From contig OX597835.1 in NCBI GenBank assembly GCA_951406725.2, positions 23,808,001-23,872,000 of the forward strand: a stretch of DNA of 64,000 bases, in the 5' to 3' direction. The notes under the pieces were generated by a model. That model did not search any database and was not told the DNA's origin. It saw only the letters and a list, made by a program, of their open reading frames with translations. Both the position numbers and the translations under genes were made by a program. Numbering within the stretch: the stretch's first letter is position 1; the number at the start of each line of letters is the position of its first letter. This stretch comes from Octopus vulgaris (lineage: Eukaryota). Shown one piece after another: positions 38,636 through 52,957 of this stretch.

Positions 38636-41600
38636 GTAATGTAACTATTAATGTTATTTTGCTCCGAGTCAACCATCACTGACGTTTTCCAAGTCATAAC
38701 CTCTCTAACTACCCCCCTCCACACACAATGTATTTACGGTTACATCATCCAGCGGCTTGGCTGCTATTTCATGCAGGTCAAGCGAGCACGTAGCTCTCTT
38801 TGTAAGACGGTAGTATGCGGCTCGAAGGAGGAGATTTGGCCGCTATCTGTTGCATGTATCTCAAGTACGTAGGTGGTCTCTTTTTAATATGACTAGGTGT
38901 ATTTTGAGGGACTTTGGCTACTATTTCTTGCAATACCATGGGCACATAGTTCTCTTTTTAACACGGCTGGGTGGGTTTTGCAGCAGATTTGGCTGCTATT
39001 TCTAACAATTACTACGAAGACCTGAAATTCTCTTTTCAACATGGTTGGATGGGTTTTGAGGGAGATTTGGCTAGTATTTTTAGCAGACACCACGAGCACG
39101 TAGACATTTTTTTTCTAACATGGTTGGATATGGGTGTGTTTTGAAGCAGATATTTGGCTTCTATTTCTAGCAAATCGGACGAACACATAAAGTTTTCAAA
39201 AAATATGGCTGGATGTGTTCTGCAGGAAATTTGGCTGCTGTTTCTTGTAGGTCGAACGACTTCGTAGGAGTCCTCTCGTTCCGCGAATTAACTAGGAATC
39301 TCACCAACGATCGCAAATGGTATAAAGGTAACCATACATTTTCAGGAGCTGGAGTATAGTCAGTTAAAGTGTTCCCTTGAAAAAGACTGGTACTTCGTAT
39401 ACAAGTAAAATTGGCATTCTTTCGTAAGAATGCCGCAAAAATTAAGTTTGGCCTTATTAAAAGAAGATGCTGACGTTTTTCAAAGTGTCACTTTTGTGGG
39501 GAAACAAATGATTTGGGATGTCGACGGAATTTTCAGAGATTTTTTGCGAAATTGTGTTCTACACATGGGAATTCATATTATCATGCAAAACTTCCCAGAA
39601 AATTTTTTGTATGTGATTTAAGGGCGATTTAGTTGTTATTTTTAGCACATCTCACGACCACCTGATTTCTTCCTCGTCTTTTGTCACTTTGATATGTATT
39701 GATATTTTTCAATATTTTTTCTTTCACTATAAACACATTTAATTGGAAAAAGTGGAAATTTTAGAATATATGGGGTGCTGGGTGTAAAAAAATTTTTTTA
39801 ATTCTTTTTTTTTTTTTCATAATCTTATGAATTCCTATGTATAGAACACAAATTCTCAAAAATTTTCTGAGAATTCCAAAAAATAAAAACGTTACAAGGG
39901 GTTATGTGGGGTGTTTAAACCAGAATTCTGCTAGAAGTCTTTTCTAAAAGAAAGCCAGCACAAGACTTCAACATGCCTATGAAGTTTTTCAGGGTCTCTG
40001 AGACTTGTGGTGGCTGTGCAGGTAGCACAAAAAAAGCAAACAAACAAAAAAAAACCCTGCCTAATCTTTGCTGTAAGGTGGTTGACATTAAGAAAGGCAT
40101 CCAGCCATAAAAACCATGTCAAAGCAGGCTCTGGAATTTGATGCAGTCCTTGGATAGATCGGATCCTGTCGAACTGTCTAACCTGTGCCAGCATGGAACG
40201 TGGATGTTAGATGATGTTGATGATATACACATAAATACACACAGTGCCAGAACAGGCGCTAGGGTGGCAATTAGCCAGTGAGCTTGTTAAAAAATATTTA
40301 TTAATGACAGAAGTAATACTGGATTGATAAGGGGTTAAAATATGAGAGAAGTGTGCAGAGCAGTTTCTTGTTCAAGAGATGGTAAAAATGATCAGCAGGA
40401 GCTGCAAAAAAATTATCCTTACAAAACCTTACTATTTCTATTTCCTAGTCTAGGAGCCTCTGAGAAAACAATGGGCAGTGGCTCTTTATTTTATAGTATA
40501 CAAGAGTCAATGATTGAATGTCTAAGCAATTACATGGCCTACTAGAAATAGTAGTTAAATTTTCCTCAAATAACATCCTACCTTAAAAGGAATGGACGCA
40601 TTGGATACTGTAGTCTTAGGTACACTATACCTGTAAAAAAAGAAAAGAGTTGGTTATATGCAAGGTAAACAAAAACAACAACAAAACGGAAAAAATCCTG
40701 TTTTTTTTATAAGTTATGAGAATAACCATCAAGGTTTTATCATGGGAATAACCTCATTTATTAAGTTGCATAATTAATAAGGTTCTGAGTTTCATTGTTA
40801 AAAAAAAACACTTTCTCAGGTACACTTAGACACTTTTTTGTTGTAAATCCAGAATCAGTTGCTAGGCTATGGCTGTCAGAACTGTTTCTTTTCACTGGTA
40901 TAATAGACACAAGTTGTACTGGGAACAGCTGTCATTTACATAATTAAATTCATTCCTCTTAGTGTGTTCCTGTTGAAGTCTAAGTGTTAGGCCAGGCATT
41001 CCACCTTGTTTGACAATATCTGAACCGTTTGGGTATCTCTAGTGTCAATGTTAGTCCTAAAGCACTACTCCAGTTTAACACTGCCACCTACTACCACCCA
41101 CCCCTATAGAATGCAAGGTAGCTATGTATCACTTCTACAGCAGCATACATGGGCTGTTGCCTGTTGCACTTTTTAGCCCCTCAACACCTGGCCATACAAT
41201 CACCACTCAATATCCTTATATCCCTTTAAGTCAAAGGACGTTTTCCTTTTGCATTTTTTATCTTTCTACTGTACTTCCTTGTCATGCAAGTTACCTGGTG
41301 ACCTCACCTGTGTTGGTAGCACAAAAAGTTACCCAGTAGACATTGTAAAGTGGTTGGCATGAGCGAAGGGCATCCAGCCATAGAAACAGAGGTGGCTGAG
41401 GACTGATCCTTGGTGAACCCCTACTTCTATGTGGAACTCTACACTATATGCGTTGACAACCCTCACCTTACTGACAGCATCCCTGTACAGGTCCTATACA
41501 TCTCTTACCAACCACTTGTATATCCCTAGTTTCTGCATCAGCCACCAGATAACGGATTGGGGGACCTTGTCAAAGGCTTTCTCCAAGTCAACAAAAGCCA

Positions 41601-44600
41601 AATATTTATACAAAATAAAAGCTAAGTTTCGAAAGAAAAATATTTATTGCTTTGTCATTTGTATAACTCCTCTCATAACAGCTGCCATTGTCTCCCTCTC
41701 CTCCTGCCACAAAGACTGGTATGTGTACTCATCCTGCACCTCTTATTTTAACTCTCACTGTCTCTTTTACTCTTTCTCCCTCTCTCACTATACAATATAA
41801 AGCAAGTCTGGAGAAATGAACCAACCAACCAACCAGCTGTTTGTTATGTAGATATTTAAAACTGATCAATACACATTTTAATTGATTACCAGCATGGAAG
41901 GAAGTCTGAGTTTTCCCTTTGTTTTTTTTTCCTGCTCATTTAGGGTGATGGAGCTCCTGAGGGAAAGTCTACAAAGAAAGAACAGAAACCATTCTCTGTC
42001 AAGTTGGAACTAGATTTGGTCCAGATTTTCTTATTCATTGGTGCTTTGGCTACAAGAACATGGCAGATTGGACTTCCTCGTGCTGTTGTGTGAGTACCTT
42101 GTGAAATTCATGTCTCTCTCTCTTGCATCTTCTCCTCTCTCCCAGTGGGTAAAGGAATATCTAGATTGACAGGTAGGTTTGGTGATACAAATAAGAAAAT
42201 AGAACCCAAAACATGAGTGTATGTGTGTATATGTATCATCACCAACCCGGCTGAAACCGGCTCTGTAGTACAAATGTCTTGTTTTCATAAGTTCTTAATT
42301 AAAATCTTCCTCCAAACCTTAGTCACAATTAATGTTCCTAACATTAGCTTAATGATAACTAAGTTATTTTACTAAATTCTTTGTTATATTTAAAGTAATT
42401 GAAAGAAACACAGAGCACCTCAAAATAAATATAGTAACGAAAGGGTTAAGGTCCATTTTCCATGCTGGCATGGGTTGGACGGTTTGATGGTTTGGTCAGA
42501 GCTTAGAAGCTGGAGAGCTGTATCCAGTTCCAATCTGATTTGGTCTCTACAGCTGGATGCCCTTCCTAATGCCAACCACTTTACAGTGTATGCTGGGATG
42601 CTTTTAACGTGGCACTGGCACATGTCTCTAGTAGGCTAATCCTCTTCACAAGCAAGAGTCGTGTGCTGGTTCCACATAAAAAGTACTCATTCTAGTGTCA
42701 CATAAAAGTGCTTGTGCTGTGCCATATCAAAAACACCCAGCACACACTGTCATGTGGTTGTATGTATATGTGTGTGTGTGGGCACTTGTGCTGGTGGAAC
42801 ATGAAAAAAATATTCGAGCAAGGTTGTTGCCAGTGCCACTGGACTGGCTCCTGTGCAAGTGGCACATAAAAAGCACCATTTGAGCATGGCTGTTGCCAGT
42901 ACCACCTGACTGGCCCTCGTGCCAGTGGCACATAAAAGCACCCACTACACTCTCGGAGTGGTTGGCACTAGGAAGGGCACCCAGCTGTAGAAACTCTGCC
43001 AGATCAGATTGGAATCTGGTGCAGCCATCTGGTTCACCAGACCTCAGTCAAATCATCCAACCCATGCTAGCATGGAAAGCGGACGTTACACGATGATGAT
43101 GATGGTGTGTGTGTGTGTATATATATATATATGTATATATATATAATCATTGTTTAATGTCTGCCTTCCATGCTAGCATGAGTGGAATTGTTTCACAAGA
43201 GCTGACCAGGCAGAAGCCTGCACCAGACTTCTGTGACTGTTTGGCAGGATTTTTACAGCTGGATGCTCTTCCAAACACCAACCACTTTACAGTATGGACC
43301 GGGTGCTTTTAAGTGGCACCTGCACTGACAGGGTCACCAAGTAACTTGCAAGACAAAAAAATATATATATTGGGTCATCCTATAAATAATGCGGTTTTTT
43401 CAGTTGCATGAACTAAAGGTTGGAGGGGGCAGGATAAACTACCTGTATCAACTTGCTATAAAAGCAGGTAGTAATTTTACCTTGTGCTTATTCTTAGTGC
43501 AAGTTTTGAAGAGTGTCGTTCGATTTTAACAGTTATTTTTTCAAAGCTCTCAGGGTTAATAAAAAGAAATAGCAGTCAAGTACTGGGGGGTCGATGTAAT
43601 TGACTTAACCCCTTCCCCAAAATTGCTGGCCTTGAGATCAGTATTTCATGCATTTGTAATTAAGCTTTTAATTGAAGTCTCTCTTAATTTTCTCTTCAGG
43701 TTCGATGAGCTTCATTTCGCTAAATTCGTTTCATTGTATCTCCAAAATATATTTTTCTTCGACATCCATCCTCCCCTGGGGAAGCTGTTGTTAACACTGG
43801 CAGGTAAATACAAATTATTTCTTTTATTTTTTTTTCTCTTTTACTTGTTCCAGTCTTTAGACTGGGTGGTGAGTGGGTGGGTGGGGGGAGAGCATGCTGG
43901 GGCACTGCCATGAAGAAATTGCTCAAAAATACCTCAATACTTATTTTTTAAAGCCTGGTATGTATTTTGTTGGCCTCTTTTGCCAAACTGCTATTTTACA
44001 GGGATGTAAACAAACCAACACTGGTTGTCAAGCAATGGTGGGGAAGAAACACAGATAAACATACACACACGACAGGCTTCTTTTAGTTTCCATCTGCCAA
44101 ATCCACTCAGAAAGCTTTAGTTGGCCTGAGGCTATAGTTGAAGATATCTGTTCAAGGTGTCATGCAGTGGGACTGAACCTAGAACCACGTGGTTGGGAAG
44201 CAAACTTCTTACCACACAGCCATGCCGGTTCCTAAACAGTCATGCCAAATATCTTGAATGCCCTTTGCATTTATGAAAAGTATTGTTTACACTGTTGATC
44301 CCAATGCAAGGCAATCCAGTCATGACACTCCTGTCTGTTTTTCCTTGGACGGAGAACCCAGGATGCCATCATCCTGTGATCTCACTGTATTTTAAGACTG
44401 TGAAGTCTTGTTGCACATTATTGAAACAACACTAAATTAAGTTAGTCAGTGTGGCTGTGTGGTGAAGAAGCTTGCTTCCCTGTCATGCGGTCTTGCATTC
44501 AGTCCCACTGTGTGACACCTTGGACAAGTGTCCTCTACTTTAGGCCTGGATCAACCAAAGCCTTGTGAGTGGATTTGGTAGATGGACACTGAAAGTGGAG

Positions 44601-47600
44601 ATTGAGGTTTGTTGGCCACTGATGGAGAAGTAAGGAACTTGTGAGTAATGTGTTACTGTGGACACCAAATCATGGTACCATAGTGGCTGGAAGACCATGG
44701 AAGATGTATATGCAACAGCTTGCAGAAGATATTGGATGCCAAGTTGAAGGCCTAAAAACACTAATGGATGATTGGAAGGGATGGAGAGAGGTTGTCAGGC
44801 TGGCCCGGGCAATCGTCCTGACTGAATGATGCCTTGATAGAAAAAAAAGAAAAGCATATGGATGAGGACAGCTGAATAAAGAAGTGCCAATCTCTAATTG
44901 TGGAGGGTACCTGTGGAAAATTATAGACCCAGGAAGATGTGGGATGAAGTGGTGAGAAAGGATCTGCAGATGCTGGGCCTCAATGGGGAAATGATACTGG
45001 AACTGGGAGGATGTAGTGATTTGCTGTACTTAAGACATGTCAAGCTGAGTAAAATTGCTGTCTTCCACATGTATGGGCTTCTCCTTTCAGGTGCCAGTGC
45101 CACTTAAAAAGCACCTGTGCTGGTGCTATGTTAACACACCTGTACCAGTACTGCGTTAATGTACCTGTGCCGGTGCTCCATAAACACACCCAATCTGGTG
45201 GCACGTAAAAGGCACCCGGCATACTCTGTTAAGTGGTTGGCGTTAGGAAGGGCATCCGGACATAGAACCATGCCACAACAGACAGTTGGAGCCTGGACAG
45301 CTCCATGTTAAACCATCCAATCCATGCCAGCATGGAAAGCAGATATTAAACAAACGATTACACACACACACACACACGAGAGGGTGCTGGAAAGTTCCTT
45401 GTTTTTAAGGGTATTATGAAAAGTCTGGATGGAGACCCAACCTTCTGAGTTCTTTTACAGGGCTTAGAAAAACTGAAGGACCACTGCAATAAGTGTGTGA
45501 ATCTGAGAGGGGAATATGGTGAATAACATCATAATTAACTGATTCCCCTGTATTTTCTTTTACCCAAAGCCAGGAACTTTTCAGTCCCCACCTTGTAGTT
45601 CTTTCTAATGTAGAATACTTCAGTGATTTTTGTTTTTATTTTTAAATTCTATTTCCAGGTCACTATACAGGATTTCAGGGAAACCTAAGTTTTGATCGGA
45701 TTGGAACTGGTAAATATTTTCCCCTCATTACTAACAATATAATCTTTTACTTGTTTCTGTCATTAATGTGTGGCCATGCTGGGGCACCTCCTTGAAGAAT
45801 CTTTAGTCAAATGAATCAACCCCTGTACTTACTAATTCTTCTTTAAGCCTGGTACTTGTTTAGTCTCTTTGCTGAACTGCTAAGTTACAGGGACATAAAC
45901 ACACTAACACCGGTTGTCAAGTGGTTTTGAGGGACATCCTAAGACATACACACACACATGTATACATATTCTTTTATTCTTTTAGCCATTTGACTGTGGT
46001 CATGCTGGAGCCTTGACGGCTTTTAGTTGAGAAAATCAACCCCCAGGACTTACTTTTTTAAGCCCAATACTTATTCTATTGGTCTCTTTTGCTGACCCAC
46101 TAAGTTACAGGGGATGGAAACACACTAACACTAGTTGTCAAGTGGTAATGGGGTAACACACAGACAGAAAGACATGCACGTATAGTTATATACATATACA
46201 TACATACATATATATGTATATATATGATGGGCTTCTTTCAGTTTCCGTCTACCAAATCCACCCAAGACTTTGGTCGGCCCGAGGCTATAGTAGAAAACAC
46301 TTGCCTAAGTGCCACGCAGTGGGACTGAACCCGGAACCATGTGGCTGGTAAGCAAAGCTACTTACCACACAGCCACTCCTGTGCCTACAGGAGTGCAAAA
46401 AGAAAAAAATCTTTAAGAAAACAAACAAAACAAATTTATTACTTTGTTTGCACCTGAATTAGACTAGGTTCCATCAAAACTCTCGCTTCCAAAGTTGATA
46501 CTCCACACCCAACATCCCCCCCCCAGTTTTTACTTAGCTTCACATGTCTTTTCTAGCAAACCATCAGGAGACTCTGAATGCTAAAAAGTTAATCTATATC
46601 AAAGTTTCTCTTCTCAGCAAACAACAATGACGGAGACAAATCTCACTTTGTATTCTCTAGATTCTAGATGACAGTCCTCCTCCATCCTCCCCCTCCCTCC
46701 TTCTCCCTCCTCCTGCTCCCCCTCCTGCTCCCCTCTCCCTCCTCCTCACATCCCCTCCCCCTCCTCCTCATCATTTAGCATCCACTTTTCCGTGCTTGTA
46801 AGGGTGAGATGGAGTTTATTGAGGCAGTTTTATTATTGCTGGAGTGTGTGTGTGTGTGACAAGTGGAGCTTATTGCTCCCCCTTCTGCCTGCACCCCCTT
46901 CGTCCCTCCCAGTTTGTTACCCCCTCTCCACTCTACTGGTTTCCACCCCATCACCACCCCTATCCATCACCCACTGTCTCTTCCCCCATACCCTCTTTAG
47001 CTGTTCCCTCTCTTTCTGCCTGTCATATCCTCCTCCACCTGCAACTCACCTCTGCAAAACCTCAGTGGGGCTGTTGAGGTTACCCACCACTACCACCACC
47101 ACTACCCTCACCTATAATGATTTATTGTTGTTCCTTCTGTCCAGAATACCCATCCACAGTCCCAGTCAGCCAGTTGCGATTACTACCAGCCATATTAGGA
47201 AGTCTTCTGGTTCCGCTTGTTTACCAAATTGTTGTGGAACTTCATCTCTCTCGATGGGCGGCACTTTTAGCTGCAAGCTTTGTTTTATTTGGTAAGTCTT
47301 TTATCTTTTTATCAGTTCTTTCTACTGTCTTCTTTTACATTTCCCAAGCCATTGTTTTTTTGTTTTAATTTGTTTTGTATTTTGGCCATCTTCACAATAT
47401 CTTCTGACCATCACACTCATGATCACACAAACCCTCCCATTCTTACATCGACCCCGAAAGGATGTAAGGCAAAGTCGACCTCGGCGGAATTTGAACTCGG
47501 AACGTAACGACAGACGAAATACGGCTACGCATTTCGCCCGGCGTGCTAACGGTTCTGCCAGCTCGCTGCCTTGACCATCACACTCATGATCACACAAACC

Positions 47601-50600
47601 CTCCCATTCTTACATGACTCCTTTATCTTTCAGACAATGCCATCCTTGTGCAGTCTCGCTTCATCCTCATGGAAGGCATGCTTCTCTTCTTCATAGCATT
47701 GGCCCTGCTCTGTTTTCTAAAGTTCCACCACATGCCTGAACAGTAAGTTTCTACCAACATAATTAACATTTCGTTTTCTGTAAATAATAACCATATTTAT
47801 TAGTTGTGTCTGGGGAGAGTCATTCTCTTTTAGTGCCTTATTATTTAACACACTCACCGGTAAAATTTCCACTTATTTCTTATAGAGTCAAGACTATCGA
47901 AAAGGTTGCAAAACGCAACGAAAATTTTAGGAAAATAAAAATAAGAAATAAGTGGAAATTTCACCGGTGTGTGTGTTAAATAATAAGGCACTAAAAGAGA
48001 ATGACTCTCCCCAGACACAACAGAATATGCTTCAACACACAAACTCATATAAAGAATCTTGCAAACCAAATCCCAAAACGAAATATATTTATTAGCTTAA
48101 AGCTTGTAAGTAATCACTGTGCATTGACTGAAGAAAATAGTCTCTTAATCGTTGGACAATATGCTGTGCTTGAGAAGACCTGTTGAGTCAAGTGAAATCG
48201 TTGTCATGGCTGATGCCAGTACTTACTGACTGGCACCCTTGCCGGTGACACAGCACCATTTGAGCTTGGTTCATGCTGGTGGCATATAAAAAGCACCATT
48301 TGAACATGGTCTGTGCCAGTGTAGTCTGACTGTCACCTGTGCCACCGGCACACAAAAAGCAATCACTACATTCTTGGAGTGGTTGGCATTAGGAAGGGCA
48401 TCCAGCTTTAGAAACCTTACCAGATCAGATTGGAGCCCGGTGCAACCCCCTGGCTTTCCAGTCCCTAGTCAAACGGTGCAAATGAAGGGTGGTTTTCATT
48501 TAGATTCTTAGAAACAGGAAACTTGTATCACAGAGCCAAAGATGGTCTCAGGCAGTTTGGCATCAAAAGGGTTGATGTTCAGTCTTAGTCTGTGATGGAA
48601 CAATAACTATTCTGGTAACTCTATCGAAGAACTGACCATAATTTCTTTTGGTTTTCTTTTTTTTTTTTCCTCCAGGGAATTTAATCTTCAGTGGTGGTTA
48701 TGGTTGACTATAACTGGGCTTTCATTGACGTGTGCATTCAGGTATGTTCTCTTAACATATTCTTTCTCTCCCCACCCCAGTTTCTCTCTTCCTCTCCTTC
48801 CCTTTCCATTTCTTTCTCTCTCTTCTTCCTTCCACCCCACGTGTCTTTGATTCAGTGTTCTAATCCATTAATTATCTTTGATTTGCAGCATCAAATATAT
48901 TGGTTTAATGACATTCATCCTTGTGTTGCTGTCAATTTTCAAAGACTATTGGTCAATGTTAGCAGATATTCTCAAATCTGACGTGAGTTCTTCTTCTATT
49001 TTGTGAAGGTTTTGTGTGTGTGGGTGTGTGGTATATTACATGTGTGTAAGAGGTTTGGTGGCTGTAATCGTGGAAATGTTAGCTATAAAGAAATTAGATA
49101 TGAACAGGCATGGCTGTGTCATAGAAGCTTGGTTCCTAACAGCATTGTTCTGAGTTCAGTCCCTCTGTGTGACAGCTTGGGTTATAGCCTTGGGACAACC
49201 AAATCCAGTCCGTCGCTGCATTACCCAAGAAACAGGAAGAGAGAGTGAGAGAAAGTTGTGACGAAAGAGTACAACAGGGGTTGCCATCACCCCCCGCTGG
49301 AGCCTCATGGAGCTTTTAGGTGTTTTCGCTCAATAAATACTCACAAGCACAGGAGTGGCTGTGTGGTAAGTAGCTTGCTAACCAACCACATGGTTCCAGG
49401 TTCAGTCCCACTGCGTGGCATCTTGGGCAAGTGTCTTTTGCTATAGTCCCGGACCAACCAATGCCTTGTGAGTGGATTTGGTAGACGGAAACTGAAAGAA
49501 ACCTGTCGTATGTATATATATATATATGTATGTGTGTGTGTATACGTTTGTGTGTCTGTGTTTGTCCCCCTAGCATTGCTTGACAACCGATGCTGGTGTG
49601 TTTACGTCCCTGTCACTTAGCGGTTCGGCAAAAGAGGCCTGATAGAATAAGTACAGGGCTTACAAAGAATAAGTCCCGGGGTTGATTTGCTTGACTAAAG
49701 GCGGTGCTCCAGCATGGCCGCAATCAAATGACTGAAACAAGTAAAAGAGTAAAAGACAACGCCCGGTCTGGGAATCGAAACCACGATCCTCCAACCATGA
49801 GTCCACTGCCCTAACCACTGGGCCATTGCACCTCCACATTCTCTACATATATGACACAGAAAAGGAACCTTACCTAGACTAAATAATAATCATAATCTTT
49901 GTGTGTGTCCAAATGTTTGTAAGTGTGTCTCTGCTCTTCTGAAAGTAATATTTTCTTTCCGTCTTTGCTCTCCAAACAACAGTTGTGCCTAGTTCAACAT
50001 TTCTGTGCACGCTTCATGTGTCTGTTTATAATTCCTGCATTCCTCTACATTGGAATATTCTTCATACATCTGAGCATTCTCACCAAAGCTGGACCCCACG
50101 ATAATGTCATGACCAGTGCGTTTCAGGCTAGCCTTGAGGTAAGTAAGACATACTTGAATCCTTTCATTATCCTCATCGTCCTCCTCAAACATCCAATTTT
50201 CATGTTGGCATAGGTTGGATGGGTTGACCAGAGCTGGAAAGCCAGAGAGCTGCACCAGCTTTCAGTCTGGTTTCGCTTGGTTTCTGTGGCTAGATGCCCT
50301 TAATGACAACCGCTTTACAGTGTATGATGGGTGCTTTTAATGTGACACCAGCACAAGCGCTTGTAAGTGGTGCCAGCACAGGTACTTTTTACATGGTACC
50401 ACCACCGGGCTCTTGCAAGCCGATGCTCTTCATCAGCAGGGAGTGGCCTCAACACTTCTGCTGTGGAGGACAAGTCTTCTTGTTGTGGATGATCAACCCT
50501 ACCTCAGCTCTGATGGAGTAGATCTTTCATGGAAGACATTACAACTGTGACCATCAAGTCTGTTTCCTAATATATCTAGGACTAGATTATCAAATATATC

Positions 50601-52902
50601 ATCCTTTTGTTTTTAACACAGTATGCCAACATGGTGATAGTATATGATTTGAAGGTAATGTGACTGCTATTTCTAGAAGGTCAATGACCATGTAAAGGTT
50701 GTCTCGCTGATATGAATATTGATGAATTCTGTTGAGAAGTTGGTTGGCTGAAACAATTGGCACCTCTCACTCGAAGAGTCATCTTTAATTTCTGGTGTGA
50801 AACAGAAAACTCCCAGTTTCATTCCCTGCTTCTGAAACCCTTAACTGCAGCATCAGATCAATCTGGACTGGGGATTGAACTGTTGTTGCCAAGATGTGCA
50901 CACAAAGGAATGCAGAGTATCAAGTCTCTGGTGATGTGGCAGTGATGGTGATGATGATAGTCATGTCCTGTTGCCTCTTGCAATCTCCCTTGTATAGTAT
51001 TACTGTTATATTAGAGAGTTGGAAGAAGTGTGTTCCAGTGAATGCCACCCACCAAAGATGATAGGGGTCCTGCCTTAATGAGTTACATATTGAGACCTTG
51101 TTCTCCATTTATCGGGGTTAGGCCATATTGTAGCCACTGACTTTCATTTGGGTTACTCAGAGGGATCAAGTTTAGTGGTTAATAGCACCTCTTAACCCTT
51201 TAACTGCAAAATTTAATTTCATAGTTATTCCAGTTAAATTAGAATTGGTATTTTCTGCAGGTCAGTTTGATTAACTAAAGCCCTTCAACGTATAACCCCA
51301 GCATATACCCAAAGTCCAGTGACTGAAAGAGGTAAAACAAAACCAGAATGTCTGTGTGTCTTTGACCCTTAAACTGCATAATTAAATTTCATGGTTATTC
51401 TTTTAGTAATGATGTTAAATATCTTCAAGAAATTGGAATTTTCTGCAAGTCACATTGCCTCAGAAAGCTTGATATGTCCCAATGAAAAATGTTTTCAAAC
51501 CTGACTTTCTCAGCAAAAGATAGATTGATGTATATAACTGCTTTCTGTAATTAAGGGTAATGAGACATTGAGTGGACATATCTGATTTCTACAGTGAAGG
51601 GGTTAAGTTCCTCTTCAAGACCCTGCTGTGTTTACTAACAAGCCACCCTAATGTCAGTGACCACAACCTGTGTTACTTAAAGAGATAAAGTTAGTGGTTA
51701 ACAAGAACTAAATATCACAAAGCATTTTGTCTGCTTCCCCAGTTACTATATTTGATGGCAAAAATGATACACTTTTTCCTGAAAAAAATTGTTAAAAAAA
51801 AAGAAAATAATCACACCGAGTCCTTTATGTAAAGTTGGACCTTCCATACGCCACTGCATGCTTTAACCCTTTAGCTTTCAGATTAATCAATCAACTGTAA
51901 TGCTTATTTATTCACATTGTTCAAATGAATTACGCATTATCTCATAGCTTTGAGATTCTGGAAATATGATTGTTTGATTTTTGAATGACATTGTAGGGAA
52001 GGTGTGAGAGGCCAGATCTGGCCAGTTTGAACATAAAACAGGCCAACTATTTGGGTTGGATAAGGTCTGTTTAAATTCTAAAGGGTTAATACACTAAAAC
52101 TATTCTTTCTGAATATGTGCTGCTGAAATTGGAGTGCATCTTATATGCCGGGATGACTTTCATGCCATCACAAATTTGGTATATTGTTTTTATTTCTTAT
52201 ATTCTTTGATGGCATTTAAAAAGCATTTCCTTTTTGAAAAATATCCCCAAAAATCACCTTGGGTCCCCCATAAACTACCATATGCTTTAATCTACTAAAA
52301 TCTTTTCTTCTTGACTATGTGATTATAATATGCTTGTGCATCTTTTTATTGCATCAAAAATAATGTATATTGCTTTCATTTCTTCTGTTCTTTGTTTAAA
52401 GGGTGGTTTGGCAGCACTGACCAAAGGCCAGCCACTAAATGTAGCTTACGGGTCACAAATCACGTTACGCTACAACAACAACCCATCGCCTGGTCGACCT
52501 TGCTGGTTACATTCCCACCCACACGTCTACCCGATCCGATATGTAGATGGCCGAGGCAGCAGCCACCAACAACAAGTGACCTGTTACATCTTTAAAGATC
52601 TCTACAACTGGTGGATTATTAAACATCCAAACAGGTAGGTCAAAGGTCAACTCTTGTTCTAAGTAAACCCTACTTTATTTTCTGTCTCTCTACTCTTTTT
52701 ACTTTTTACTTGTTTCAGTCATTTGACTGCAGCCATGCTGGAGCACCGCCTTTATTCGAGCAACTCGAGCCCGGGACTTATTCTTTGTAAGCCCAGTACT
52801 TGTTCTATCGGTCTCTTTTGCCGAACCGCTAAGTGACTGGGACATAAACACACCAGCATCGGTTGTCAAGCAATGCTAGGAGGACAAACACAGACATACA
52901 CG

Positions 52903-52957
<55 letters not shown>

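Noticed and set aside
43700-43803. POMT2 assignment based on DIHPPLGK
   Set aside because: Downstream motifs ([48 protein letters not shown]) match POMT1, and HPP is shared across many PMT-family members.
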